64,000 nt of DNA from Dehalococcoidia bacterium. Its GTDB lineage: Bacteria > Chloroflexota > Dehalococcoidia > Plut-88900. The stretch covers positions 544,001-608,000 of the forward strand of contig CBDFLQ010000005.1 in NCBI GenBank assembly GCA_965249275.1, in the 5' to 3' direction. Each line of letters begins with the position of its first letter. Position 1 is the first letter of the stretch. The position numbers were made by a program, and so were the translations under genes. The notes under the pieces were generated by a model, which was given only the letters and a program-made list of their open reading frames with translations, was not told where the DNA came from and did no database searches. Of this stretch, positions 48,959 to 58,670 are shown one piece after another.

Positions 48959-49341
48959 TTCCTCCTCTTTTCCGGTAGTTTCCTGCCCTGTTAACCGTGA
49001 TTATCGATTTATGCAATCGTAGAAGACGGCTTCGCATATGTGTCGCCCGCATCCCTAAAATACATGGGGGTGACAATCATTTGAAGCTCTCCATGGAAGG
49101 CTATTGCCGACATTGTGCCCATTGTTCAAATTTCAATTCGCCCCATATATAGGTTGATCTAGTCCCTTCTGTTTCTTAGGGTGGCGCAGACACTACAATC
49201 CATATATAGTACCAGCTCGAACAGGCAAGATTGCCGGATCAAAGGAAGCCCGTAATAAGCCTATAACCCACGGCAAACCCGGCATTAGAGTAGGTCCGTG
49301 GAATAGCGACACGAATAGCTGGACCGTACGGAGGATTTGAA

Positions 49342-50763
49342 TTGTTTTACGCCCATAGAGTGAAGCGGATTGCGACAGCAAAGGGGATGGTATTCAGCAT
49401 CCTGTCCCTTCTATTAGTAGCCATGCTTGTCGTGGTCGCTTGTGGAGAGGCCGCCACCGCAACTCCGGAGCCCGACACCACCACCGAAGAACCCCAACCG
49501 ACCGCCGCCCCTCAACCCACCGCCGCCCCCCAGCCCACGGCCACAGCGGTCTCCGGGCAGGTGGTGACTGCAACGGAAGAGCCGACCGAACCGGAGCCGA
49601 CCGAACCTGAGCCGGAACCGGAGCCGAAGCCGGTATCGACGTTGAGGCCAAGGGATGAATGGACGGTGGAAAACCCCGCAACTCTGGCCGAAATAGAAGC
49701 AGAATTGGAGAAGTACCGGGGCGAGAGCATCATTGTCCTCGGGCCGGGAGGCGCCTACACGGCCGCAGCGAGACAGGCCTACTTCATTCCTTTGTTGGAA
49801 CAATTCGGCATCGAAGTGATCGAGGATACCCCCACCCCGAATCAGGCTAAATGGGTAGCCGCTGCGGAAACGGGCAATATAGAGTGGGACGTGTCTACCC
49901 TCGGCGTTGCGGACGCCACGGCTGTCCTCAAGACCGACAGCCTGGATGAGCTGGACTTGAGTGTGGTCGACACCCGGGACCTGCTGGACCCCATCAAGGA
50001 ACTCTCTCCCTACATGGGCGGCGGAGACGTTACCTGGTCCATCGTCATGGCCTACAACACCGATGTATATCCCGAGGGCACAGGCCCCGAGTCGTGGGCA
50101 GACTTCTACGATCTGGAGAAATTCCCCGGCCGCCGGGCCCTCCGCCACGCCGTGGCGTGGGGAGGACACATCCAGTTCATGAGGCTGGCCCGTGAACCCG
50201 AGCTGCTGAATTCGCCGGAGGGCAAACAGGCTGCTAACACGCCAAGCCGAGAGCAGATGGAAGAAGACTTCCAGTGGTTTGCCGATTGGACAGACGAAGC
50301 GGCCGGCGACATTATCTACTGGTCAAGCGGATCACAATGCCCCGAGCTGCTCATAAGCGGGGAAGTGGAAATGTGCAGCGCCTATAACGGTCGAATCTTC
50401 GATGCGGCCAAGGAAGGCGCACCCATACGGGTTTGCTGGGAATGCGGCCACATCATCAACTTGAGTGGATTCGCCCTGGTCAACGGCATGAAAGAGCTGC
50501 ATCCCGAAAGGTACGAGCTGGCCAACCTGTTCATCGCCTGGATAACCTTCCCCGAAATTAATGCAGAACTATCCAAGTACATCTCATACGGGCCGGTCAA
50601 CCGGAAGGCCATTCCGTTGTTGGACGCCCCCGAATTTGACGAGGTACGGGACCATCTGCCCACTTCCGGGGCTAATGCTCCCTTCGGGATCATGCTGGAT
50701 GAGGTCTACCTGGGAGAGAACCTGGCCTGGGCTGAGGAGCAGTACATCCTGGCAACCCAGTAG
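49342..50763 (+). CDS. ABC transporter solute-binding lipoprotein (PotD/PotF-like) with a Pro/Thr/Glu-rich linker
   Basis: Lipobox VVAC, PQPTAA repeats, GGAY, AYNTD, SWADFYDLEKFPGRR, YGPVN. Confidence 0.85.
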   Translation: MFYAHRVKRIATAKGMVFSILSLLLVAMLVVVACGEAATATPEPDTTTEEPQPTAAPQPTAAPQPTATAVSGQVVTATEEPTEPEPTEPEPEPEPKPVSTLRPRDEWTVENPATLAEIEAELEKYRGESIIVLGPGGAYTAAARQAYFIPLLEQFGIEVIEDTPTPNQAKWVAAAETGNIEWDVSTLGVADATAVLKTDSLDELDLSVVDTRDLLDPIKELSPYMGGGDVTWSIVMAYNTDVYPEGTGPESWADFYDLEKFPGRRALRHAVAWGGHIQFMRLAREPELLNSPEGKQAANTPSREQMEEDFQWFADWTDEAAGDIIYWSSGSQCPELLISGEVEMCSAYNGRIFDAAKEGAPIRVCWECGHIINLSGFALVNGMKELHPERYELANLFIAWITFPEINAELSKYISYGPVNRKAIPLLDAPEFDEVRDHLPTSGANAPFGIMLDEVYLGENLAWAEEQYILATQ

Positions 50764-50831
50764 GGCGCCGGGAGTTTAGGCAACCCGCTTTCTGACAGCC
50801 TTTGGCTTTTGGATGAGCAGCTAGCAAATTA

Positions 50832-50868
50832 GGGGGCGGTGGCACGGGCTAACCCGTGTCACCGCCCC
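50832..50868. terminator. Hairpin between convergent genes
   Basis: GGGGCGGTGGCACGGG-ctaa-CCCGTGTCACCGCCCC. Confidence 0.55.
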
Positions 50869-50924
50869 TCTCCCGTTCAACTATTGCTAAGCTCTTGAGC
50901 AGGTCTACTTTCCCATCTCAGCCG

Positions 50925-51266
50925 CTATTGGTCCTTGAGTGGAATAGTAGCCGCGACGCACGCCTCGTCGCCGTACACCCCCGTCGTATGCCCCTGTCCC
51001 GTGATGTCTTCCACCAATCGGGCGTCGCCGGGCCCGAATACGTGCTTGCTCCCGTCGCCCAACCCAATCTCCAGCCGCCCCGAGAGTATGATCACGAATT
51101 GGCGTCTCGGCGCAGGATGCCAGTCCAGGTAGTTGCCTGCAGGCTGTTCCTGGAAGCTAATCTGTGTACTGTCCACACCCTGTGTCCAGGCAGGAGTCTC
51201 CGCCAGGCTTATAGTCTCGATGTGGGACTGGCCATCTTCCCCGGTATATAGTCGAAAGGTTCCCAT
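50925..51266 (-). CDS. Cupin-like small protein
   Basis: YTGEDGQSH, WHPAPRRQF, EDITGQGH. Confidence 0.85.
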   Translation of the reverse strand: MGTFRLYTGEDGQSHIETISLAETPAWTQGVDSTQISFQEQPAGNYLDWHPAPRRQFVIILSGRLEIGLGDGSKHVFGPGDARLVEDITGQGHTTGVYGDEACVAATIPLKDQ

Positions 51267-51596
51267 TGTTAACTCCTAGTCCTTCTCTGGCTCCGTGGGC
51301 GGGTCTCGGGTCTTCTCTAGGATGTCTGCAGCCTCGTGGGCGCTATCTTCTCATATTTGTTAGGGCCCAACGAGATTTGGAAGTGAAGTTATGCCAACAT
51401 GGGGTGTACCGTAGGAGGAAGACGGGGTCGGGCTTCCTCTCTCCGTCCATGCAGGCGAAGATGGGCTCTGCGGGGGGCACGAGTGCCTCTAGCGCAGGAT
51501 CGCGGAAACACCGGCTCGCTTCCCAGATTCCTAGCGGCCATCCGGAACCAAGGTGCAGACCGATCGATATAGTAATGATTAAGCGGTATTGCTGAC

Positions 51597-52532
51597 ATGA
51601 AATTCGGGGTAATGCATTCTGACACCTTTGACGCGGTCAAGGCTGTTGACATGGCCGTTCGGGCCGAGGGGCTGGGATACGACTCTTTTTGGACTACCGA
51701 TTTCGTCCTCGGCCCCCATCCCGACCCAATGGCGCTCCTGGCGGCGGCGTCTCAGAGAACGGAGCGCATTCTGTTGGCTACGGCGGTGTTGGTGCTCCCA
51801 TACCGGCACCCTGTTGCCCTCGCCAAGACCGTCGCCACCATAGACGTCCTGTCGAAAGGGAGATTGGTGCTGGGGCTTGGAGTTGGGAGCAATAAGAAAG
51901 AGTTCGATGCCATGGGTCTGGATATCCACCAACGAGGGAAGATGGCGGATGAAAAGCTGGCGTTGCTGCGGCGGCTTCTATCGGAGGAAGGGGTCACCCA
52001 CCGCGGCAAGTTTCATGAGGTGGAGGGCGTGGACGTCGGGCCGGAGCCCGTGCAGCGGCCTCACCCTCCGATTTGGCTGGGGCCGCTGTGGAAAAACGGA
52101 CTAGTTGAGGCGACGGTCAGAAGGACGGGAAGGCTCGGGGACGGGTTCATACCATCCTCGGTGCCGGTCTCTCGATACGCAGCCGAGCGGGAGAAAGTGC
52201 GCGCTTACGCAGAGCAGGCCGGTCGGGACCCGGACGCCATAGAGTTTGGGACGGTGCTCTGGTTCTGCCTGGACGATGACCGGGAGCGGGCGTGGAAGAT
52301 TCTGGAAATGGAGTCGGACCGCTGGAGGATCGATAGGCCGACGATTCGGGGGCAGGCGAATGTCTCAGGGCATGAAGAGGACTGCGTAGCTGCGATACAG
52401 GAATACGTGGATGCCGGGGTTACGCACTTTGTGATGTATGCGGCAGTCCCATCCTCCCAGACCATGCAGCAGTACGAGCAGTTCGCACGTGAAGTCCTGC
52501 CGTTGGTAACGGGTATAACTCCAACAAAATAA
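51597..52532 (+). CDS. LLM class flavin-dependent oxidoreductase
   Basis: AEGLGYDSFW, LPYRHP, ATIDVLSKGR, PVQRPHPPIW. Confidence 0.92.
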   Translation: MKFGVMHSDTFDAVKAVDMAVRAEGLGYDSFWTTDFVLGPHPDPMALLAAASQRTERILLATAVLVLPYRHPVALAKTVATIDVLSKGRLVLGLGVGSNKKEFDAMGLDIHQRGKMADEKLALLRRLLSEEGVTHRGKFHEVEGVDVGPEPVQRPHPPIWLGPLWKNGLVEATVRRTGRLGDGFIPSSVPVSRYAAEREKVRAYAEQAGRDPDAIEFGTVLWFCLDDDRERAWKILEMESDRWRIDRPTIRGQANVSGHEEDCVAAIQEYVDAGVTHFVMYAAVPSSQTMQQYEQFAREVLPLVTGITPTK

Positions 52533-52658
52533 TCTCTAGCTATCAACGGGGTGGCGTCTGACTGCCTTGAAAGCCTCACATCATCCTTACGCCCAACACG
52601 CCCATGCCACAGGGCAACCTTAAGGCTCAAAGGGGTACGGGACTAGGTAAAGTGGGAA

Positions 52659-52735
52659 TGGCGACCCCGACCGGATTCGAACCGGCGATCTCCACCGTGA
52701 CAGGGTGGCATGTTAGTCCGCTACACCACGGGGCC
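52659..52735 (-). tRNA. tRNA-Asp (GTC)
   Basis: Reverse complement GGCCCCGTGGTGTAGCGG..CCACC-CTGTCAC-GGTGG..GGTTCGAATCC..GGGGTCGCCA. Confidence 0.96.
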
Positions 52736-52802
52736 AAAACCGCTCAAAAGGAACAAACGGGTGTTTATTATATCGCAGGGTAGGAGGTGGTGGCTAGCCG
52801 CA

Positions 52803-52832
52803 TTGACAACGCAGCTTCCCCGTGCCTAGAAT
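52803..52832 (+). promoter_or_regulatory. Sigma70-type promoter
   Basis: TTGACA-18 nt-TAGAAT upstream of 52938. Confidence 0.6.
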
Positions 52833-52937
52833 CGGGCGCGTTTCACGGCAGGGCCGCACGCTCGGGTGTCGGAGATGGTAAACAACCGACTCGGGATGGT
52901 GCAGGTGATTTTTAAGCGTAAACGAGGAGGAGAAGCT

Positions 52938-54059
52938 ATGGGCAAGAACGGTTACAAGGTAATGGATTCCGACCTGCATGTATTGGAGCCGGCAGACCTT
53001 TACACTACCTACATGGACCCCAAGTGGGGAGACCGGATTCCCAGGGGCGAGCGGCCCCGCCCGTACGGAGGTGTGTACTACACTACAGCTCAGGGCGAGC
53101 GAATCCGGCGGACGCAGAACACCAACACTCCGGACCTTGATGCCAGGGTTGCCGACAGATTCAAGATAGGCAGCGACAGGGACTTTGACTCCGTGTCCCA
53201 GCTCCAGGCAATGGAGATGGAAGGTATCGACGTGGCAGTCATGTTCCGCACACTGCCCCTCCACACCGACGATGCCCACGAGCCTGAATACGCCAACGAC
53301 CTGAACAAGGCCTGGAACGACTGGATCACCGACTTCTGCAATGAGGACCCGGCCAGAATGAAGGCCGCCGGTCTTATCACACTCCACGACGCAACCCTGG
53401 CGGCACAGGAGATGCGAAGAATCAAGAATGATCTTGGACACGTGGCGTCCTGCCTAACACCTGAGCCGGTGCTCGGGCGGCAACTGCCGGAGCCCTATTT
53501 CGACCCCATATGGGAGGAGGCGCAGGACCTCGATCTTCCCGTCACATTCCATCCCAGCTTCTCCCCCAACCAGGTCCACTGGTCCAACCGGTTCGCGACT
53601 CTCGACAAACTGACGTGGCTAGGGGAGACATTCGACCAGCCGATGGAAGATATGCTGGCGACCATCTACATGACCGCCGGAGGCATCCTGGACCGCTTTC
53701 CCAAGATGACCGTCGCCATACTGGAAGGCAACTGCAGCTGGCTGCCCTGGCTTCTCTACCGGCTTGATGAACGGTATGAGTTGTATGAGGGGTTGGACGG
53801 CGTCATCAACCTTTCGGAGAAACCCAGCGACTTGTTCAGGAGGCAGTGCTTCATCTCCGTAGACGTGGATGAATACATGGTCACCGACGTAATCAGATAC
53901 TATGGAGATGAGCACCTGGTGTTCACCACCGACTACCCCCACTCTGACTGCAAGTTCCCCCATGCCACAGACACTTTCATGGAAATGGAAGGCGTCAGTG
54001 ATGAGTCCCGCAAGAAGATTCTGTGGGACAATTGCGCTCGGCTTTACAGCCTGAACTAG
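52938..54059 (+). CDS. Amidohydrolase_2 family protein (paralog 8)
   Basis: DSDLHVLEP, AWNDW, LEGNCSW, TTDYPHSD; GAGGAGG RBS. Confidence 0.92.
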   Translation: MGKNGYKVMDSDLHVLEPADLYTTYMDPKWGDRIPRGERPRPYGGVYYTTAQGERIRRTQNTNTPDLDARVADRFKIGSDRDFDSVSQLQAMEMEGIDVAVMFRTLPLHTDDAHEPEYANDLNKAWNDWITDFCNEDPARMKAAGLITLHDATLAAQEMRRIKNDLGHVASCLTPEPVLGRQLPEPYFDPIWEEAQDLDLPVTFHPSFSPNQVHWSNRFATLDKLTWLGETFDQPMEDMLATIYMTAGGILDRFPKMTVAILEGNCSWLPWLLYRLDERYELYEGLDGVINLSEKPSDLFRRQCFISVDVDEYMVTDVIRYYGDEHLVFTTDYPHSDCKFPHATDTFMEMEGVSDESRKKILWDNCARLYSLN

Positions 54060-54077
54060 GGGAAATACCGAAGATCA

Positions 54078-54112
54078 AAAACGGCTGGTGCGCTTAGCGC
54101 ACCAGCCGTTTT
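54078..54112. terminator. Bidirectional intrinsic terminator
   Basis: AAAACGGCTGGTGCGC-tta-GCGCACCAGCCGTTTT between convergent genes. Confidence 0.85.
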
Positions 54113-54135
54113 ACTTTATCTGTGGGGGGCCGGCG

Positions 54136-55056
54136 TCAGCTACCGTAAACCGGAGTGCACCAAGCGCCGTACTTTTCATTCTTGCCCCGGATGATGTCCA
54201 CGTAGGTGTCGGCAAGCTGCCGGGTCACGGGGCCCACCTTTCCGTCACCTATGGACCGATGGTCTATCTCGATGACGGGCGTGATGTGGGCTGCGGTGCC
54301 TGTCAGGAACACTTCGGAGGCGGAATAGAGTTCGCTCCGGTCTACCTGGCGTTCCCAGGAAGGCATCCCCATCTCCTTCTCAGCGATCTCCATGACGGTG
54401 CTTCTGGTAATGCCAAGAAGTACGCTATCGGCGGGGGATGGAGTGACCAAGGTCCCGTTATCCACTACGAACAGGTTCTCACCGCTGCCCTCGCAGACGT
54501 GCCCGTCCTGGGTGAGCATGATGCCCTCGTCGAAACCGTTGAGCATGGCCTCGGTCTTAGCCATAGCGCTGTTGACGTAGATGCCGGTGACCTTGGCTCG
54601 GGGGGGAATCATGGTGTCCAGGGGCCTGCGCCAGCTGGAAATGCAGCAACGGATGCCCTCGTCCCCGCTGAAGTAGGGCCCGAAGGGGGCGACGAAGATG
54701 AAGAAGTCGTTCTCCACGTCATGGGACCGGACCCCCAGCACCTCCCCGCTTTGGTAGACCATGGGCCGGACGTATATGTCCTCCTCGAACCCGCACATCT
54801 CGACAAGCTTCAGGGTGATGTCAAAGAGCTCGTCTACGGAGTAGGCCAATGTCATATTGAGTATGCGGGCACTCTTGTGAAGCCGCTCAAAGTGCTCTTT
54901 GACACGGAAGAGGTAGATCTGCCGGTCTTCCTGGTTCCAGTTGCCGCGAATGCCTTCGAAGACGGCGGTGCCGTAGTTGAGGGCGTGGGTCATGATTCCG
55001 ACCTTGGCCTCGGCCAGCGGTACGAAGTCTCCTTTGAAAAAGGCGAAGGGCGGCAT
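54136..55056 (-). CDS. ilvE: Branched-chain amino acid aminotransferase
   Basis: HALNYGTAVFEGIR, AKVTGIY, EGSGENLF, LLGITR, TGTAA. Confidence 0.93.
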   Translation of the reverse strand: MPPFAFFKGDFVPLAEAKVGIMTHALNYGTAVFEGIRGNWNQEDRQIYLFRVKEHFERLHKSARILNMTLAYSVDELFDITLKLVEMCGFEEDIYVRPMVYQSGEVLGVRSHDVENDFFIFVAPFGPYFSGDEGIRCCISSWRRPLDTMIPPRAKVTGIYVNSAMAKTEAMLNGFDEGIMLTQDGHVCEGSGENLFVVDNGTLVTPSPADSVLLGITRSTVMEIAEKEMGMPSWERQVDRSELYSASEVFLTGTAAHITPVIEIDHRSIGDGKVGPVTRQLADTYVDIIRGKNEKYGAWCTPVYGS

Positions 55057-55146
55057 TTAGAACTCCTCCTTAGTGGTCACGATGGTCCCTAGAAAAGCGA
55101 TTGTAATAATAATCACTTTCTGAATGAAAGACAAAGGCGGGAACCA

Positions 55147-55446
55147 TTATCCGTAGGCCACAGCCGAATGTGTTTCTTTATCACGATTCCGAGCAAGCGC
55201 CAAACGGTAACTGGATTCGAGGTTGGACCAGAAATGGGCGTCGATGCCCAGTGCCTTCTCCAGTCCGATTGCAGTCTCCGGGGTAATCGACTTTTTGGCT
55301 TTGATAATCTCGTTTATCACTTGGGGCGGCCTTTGCATCCTTGCTGCGAGTTCCTTTTGACTCATCCCGCGTGCTTGCAACTCTTCCTCCAGTATTTCAC
55401 CTGGAGGAATCGGCATGTCTGAAAAGACGCTCTGGTAATTGCTCAA
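55147..55446 (-). CDS. HigA family antitoxin (orphan)
   Basis: PPGEILEEEL..RGMSQKELA.RM.RP...INEII..K.SITPETA..LE..LG....FW.NL. Confidence 0.85.
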   Translation of the reverse strand: MSNYQSVFSDMPIPPGEILEEELQARGMSQKELAARMQRPPQVINEIIKAKKSITPETAIGLEKALGIDAHFWSNLESSYRLALARNRDKETHSAVAYG

Positions 55447-55448
55447 CC

Positions 55449-56816
55449 CTACGCGGTTCCGTTGCCGGGATGGTTAGGGAGTTCACGGGTGTAGCGCTCT
55501 GCCATGTCTATGCCCAGTTTCTTGAGCAGCTTCTTATCCTTGGCCTTGTCCTCCGCCTCGTGGGCACGGAGGAGGGTGTCACCGCCGAAGGTGTTGACCA
55601 TTCTTCCGGCCATTGTTGCGACTTCGGGTGGTGATTCGCCGTTCTTTACCATCCGCACGCGTTTCCTGAGCCCCTTCCGGTACATGGTTACCCCCCGGTC
55701 TTCGGCTCCCAGGTGCTCCATTGCATGCACGGCGATGGACCTTTGGCTGATCATGGCCTCGAAGTCACCCGGGCCTCGCTGCATGTCATCGTACTCACGG
55801 CCTCCGCGGTTGGCACGCTGGGCCAGTGAGAACCGTCTTTCGGGGGGCACCTTTGCTCCGTCGGGCACCAGGTAGAAGTCGATCTCCACGCAGTTGTAGT
55901 CGTCCACGGGAACAGTCCACAACAGGGTGGTGGGGAGATCGTGGAACTCCTGTTCATCAGGGCCCCACTCGTAGGGAAGCGTAGGCGGGGCGCCCAGGCA
56001 TCCCAAGTTGGGCCACAGGAACTCGATGTTACGCACCCATACAGTGTCGGGGCTCACGCGGCGGACATCCATAGTGATGATGCCGGTGGGACTTTCCACG
56101 AAGGCGAGCTCTCCGTTGATGGCCAGCTCCTCTATGGGGGCGCCGCTCTTGTCCACGAACTGTATGCCCGAAATGGTGGCGTGGAGGAACTCCTCGTGGA
56201 CGGGGTCCAGCAGGTTGTCCATAACCTGGAGCCAGTTACAGGGCTTCAGGTTGGGAATAATCCCATCCTCGGTAGGTTTGAGGTGGACACCGGGCTCGAG
56301 GTGATAACCGGGGGAACTGAATATATCGAAGTTGGGGAACTCAGGAGTCTCGTCCGGGGGGCCCATGTAGGCGAATACCAGACCGCCGTACTCGATGGCC
56401 GGGTAGGCCCCGTGGCAAAGGCGGTCCTTCAGGGTACTGGTCTCGGGCTCACCGGGGGTTTCGAGTATCCTTCCGTCTATGTCGTAGAGCCATCCGTGAT
56501 AGCAGCATCGGATGCCTCGCTGCTCGACCTTACCGTATTCCAGTGAAGTACCGCGATGAGAGCAGTGGGATTCCACGATGCCGACCCGTCCATCCCCATC
56601 ACGAAAGGCGACTAGTTCTTCGTCGAACCTCGTGATCGGCACCGGCAGGTCGGTTATCTGCTCACTCAGGAGGAGGGGCTGCCAGAACCGGCGGAGGTAC
56701 TCGCCCATCGGGGTGCCGGGCCCTACGCGGGTAAGCTCGGCATCGTCATCCGGCACCTCCCTGTGCAGGTACCCGCTGTACGGTTTCGTTATAAACGGCG
56801 CTTTTTTCGGTGGCAT
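55449..56816 (-). CDS. Rieske non-heme iron oxygenase alpha subunit (phthalate 4,5-dioxygenase-like)
   Basis: LTRVGPGTPMG..RRFWQP, CSH..CCYHGW Rieske site, DPVHEEFLH Fe site, EHLGAEDRG. Confidence 0.9.
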   Translation of the reverse strand: MPPKKAPFITKPYSGYLHREVPDDDAELTRVGPGTPMGEYLRRFWQPLLLSEQITDLPVPITRFDEELVAFRDGDGRVGIVESHCSHRGTSLEYGKVEQRGIRCCYHGWLYDIDGRILETPGEPETSTLKDRLCHGAYPAIEYGGLVFAYMGPPDETPEFPNFDIFSSPGYHLEPGVHLKPTEDGIIPNLKPCNWLQVMDNLLDPVHEEFLHATISGIQFVDKSGAPIEELAINGELAFVESPTGIITMDVRRVSPDTVWVRNIEFLWPNLGCLGAPPTLPYEWGPDEQEFHDLPTTLLWTVPVDDYNCVEIDFYLVPDGAKVPPERRFSLAQRANRGGREYDDMQRGPGDFEAMISQRSIAVHAMEHLGAEDRGVTMYRKGLRKRVRMVKNGESPPEVATMAGRMVNTFGGDTLLRAHEAEDKAKDKKLLKKLGIDMAERYTRELPNHPGNGTA

Positions 56817-56935
56817 AACGTCTTCCTCCCGATCTTTCTCCAATCGTAACGAACCCACCCTAACCCACGGCTCCTATCTTACATTCCCCTATCCCATCGT
56901 CAACCTCGCGCACAGGCGCAGGGTGTCGTTCCCGG

Positions 56936-57547
56936 TCAGGAGATTTGGCATTGCGCCGATAGATGTGCCTTGTGGAGTGGAGTGTGGATCGGGCCGCTGG
57001 GGGTGAGTATGCTAGACATGAGTACGATATCCCGGACTTCGAAGGCCAGAGTGTCTTTTGCCTGATCGTTGAGGATGGCCTCGGGGAGGGGGATGAACCC
57101 ATTGCCTCGGGCGCGGCCGAGAGTAATGTGGGGTTTGAAGGCACGTTGTTCTCGTGGGAAAGCGTCGGCCTCCAGGGTGTCCTGTAAGCGGCGATGGGTG
57201 AGAGCCAGGGATTGCGTGTCGCCTTCCAGACCAAGCCAGATGACTCGGGGTCGGCGGGGGCTGGGGAATGCGCCCAACAGGCCTGTTCTCAGGCGGAGGG
57301 GCGGGGAGTTGGCAGCTACGGCATCGACTATTCGGGAGAGGGATGGGAGGCGGTCATTGGGCACGTTGCCGAGGAATGCGAGAGTCAGGTGGCAGGTTTG
57401 AGGGTCGACCCATTTAATGCCTCGGGGCACGAGGCCCTTCAATCGCTCGACGTGGGATGCAATGAGGTCTTTCACCTTATCGGGTATCTCTATGGCGATG
57501 AAAGTGCGCGTCGCGGCGGGGCGTGGGTCTTTAGGGGTGCGGGTCAC
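56936..57547 (-). CDS. thpR: RNA 2',3'-cyclic phosphodiesterase (2H family)
   Basis: RTFIAI, two HxT motifs (HLTL, HITL), GAFP..RPRVIW. Confidence 0.9.
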   Translation of the reverse strand: MTRTPKDPRPAATRTFIAIEIPDKVKDLIASHVERLKGLVPRGIKWVDPQTCHLTLAFLGNVPNDRLPSLSRIVDAVAANSPPLRLRTGLLGAFPSPRRPRVIWLGLEGDTQSLALTHRRLQDTLEADAFPREQRAFKPHITLGRARGNGFIPLPEAILNDQAKDTLAFEVRDIVLMSSILTPSGPIHTPLHKAHLSAQCQIS

Positions 57548-58091
57548 CGGTCTGCTCCCGTACCTGTTGGAGGAATTCTTTGACGCCCCGGAACCAGTGG
57601 AGGATGTCGTCCTTCTGGTAGTGGGCGTTGCGTCGGCTGGTGGAAGGAAGGACGTAGATTTGGGTTCGACCGATTAGTTCGGGGCGGGGGCCTGGGGCGG
57701 CGCCCGGTCCGAAGCAATGGGCGTAAGCTGTTATTCCGTTGAAACAGGCTACCAGGGGTTGGAAGCGCTCTAATTTCTCGATCAGGATGGAGGCGCCGAC
57801 AGCGAACTCGGAGCGGGGAAGGTCAGAAGCGGCGTTGGATGGACGCTTGGCGACGTCGGTAAAGCCTATGCCTCGGTAGAGGAGAGATGCGTCCATGTCG
57901 GGGGTTGCGGGTCCTTCTACCAGGCCTGATTCGCTAAGTGCCCACCAGAAGAGATTGCCGGGGCGGGCGTAGTAGTGGCCCTTGGCCGCGGAGTAGCTGC
58001 CGGGGTTGATGCCTACGAAAACGAGGTCGAGTCCCGGGCGGAGGAGGTCGGGGAGGGTGTTCAGCCGGATATCGTCGTTAGGACTAATGAT
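57531..58091 (-). CDS. mug: Mismatch-specific uracil/thymine DNA glycosylase (start uncertain, non-canonical)
   Basis: In-frame extension upstream of the track ORF encodes LPDLLRPGLDLVFVGINPG..GHYYARPGNLFW; also LPSTS motif. Confidence 0.85.
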   Translation of the reverse strand: MISPNDDIRLNTLPDLLRPGLDLVFVGINPGSYSAAKGHYYARPGNLFWWALSESGLVEGPATPDMDASLLYRGIGFTDVAKRPSNAASDLPRSEFAVGASILIEKLERFQPLVACFNGITAYAHCFGPGAAPGPRPELIGRTQIYVLPSTSRRNAHYQKDDILHWFRGVKEFLQQVREQTGDPHP

Positions 58092-58142
58092 GATGAGCCA
58101 CCTTAATTAAACGGTGTTTTAGAATTAGATTAGGGGAATAGA

Positions 58143-58664
58143 ATGATGAAACGAGCACTTGCACTAGTGGTCTTTATATCTGCACTGGCCATAATGCTCT
58201 CATGCGATAGTAGCGCTCGGGAACCCGTTGTCGGGCCGGAAGAGGAGCGAATAAAGTCGGAGCTAAGCGGCCGTTCATTTCGTCAGTTCGAGCCCTCCAA
58301 GGACGCCAGCCCCAGAAAGGGTGTAATTCTAGAGTTTTTCAACGGAATTCGTCTCTGGGCACAGTACGCCGAAGACGGGGACACCAAATACGAATGGGAG
58401 ATTTACTCGACAGATTATCGCATTGAGAGCAGGGGCGAAGGCTCGGAACTTGAGGTCTTATTCGTCAATCCAAAGTCGATGCAGGGGATTCCCGCCGAGT
58501 GCGAGAGCTGCATTGAAACGTCGGGTCTGTCCATCTCCATCAGGGACATTTTCGACAGCGAAAGGATATCATTCAAGGTGAATGACCCCGAGGGCGATCT
58601 TCCTCTTCCGTTTCCCGTTTTCGGTGGGTGGACGAAGTTTGAGGAAGACGAGTATTTCGAATAA
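58143..58664 (+). CDS. Hypothetical lipoprotein
   Basis: Signal peptide with MLSC lipobox; 173 aa; no family recognised. Confidence 0.65.
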   Translation: MMKRALALVVFISALAIMLSCDSSAREPVVGPEEERIKSELSGRSFRQFEPSKDASPRKGVILEFFNGIRLWAQYAEDGDTKYEWEIYSTDYRIESRGEGSELEVLFVNPKSMQGIPAECESCIETSGLSISIRDIFDSERISFKVNDPEGDLPLPFPVFGGWTKFEEDEYFE

Positions 58665-58670
58665 GCTGTC

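Noticed and set aside
49490-49630. Short tandem repeats in the solute-binding protein
   Set aside because: In-frame PQPTAA/EP linker repeats are common in lipoproteins and are not a separate element.
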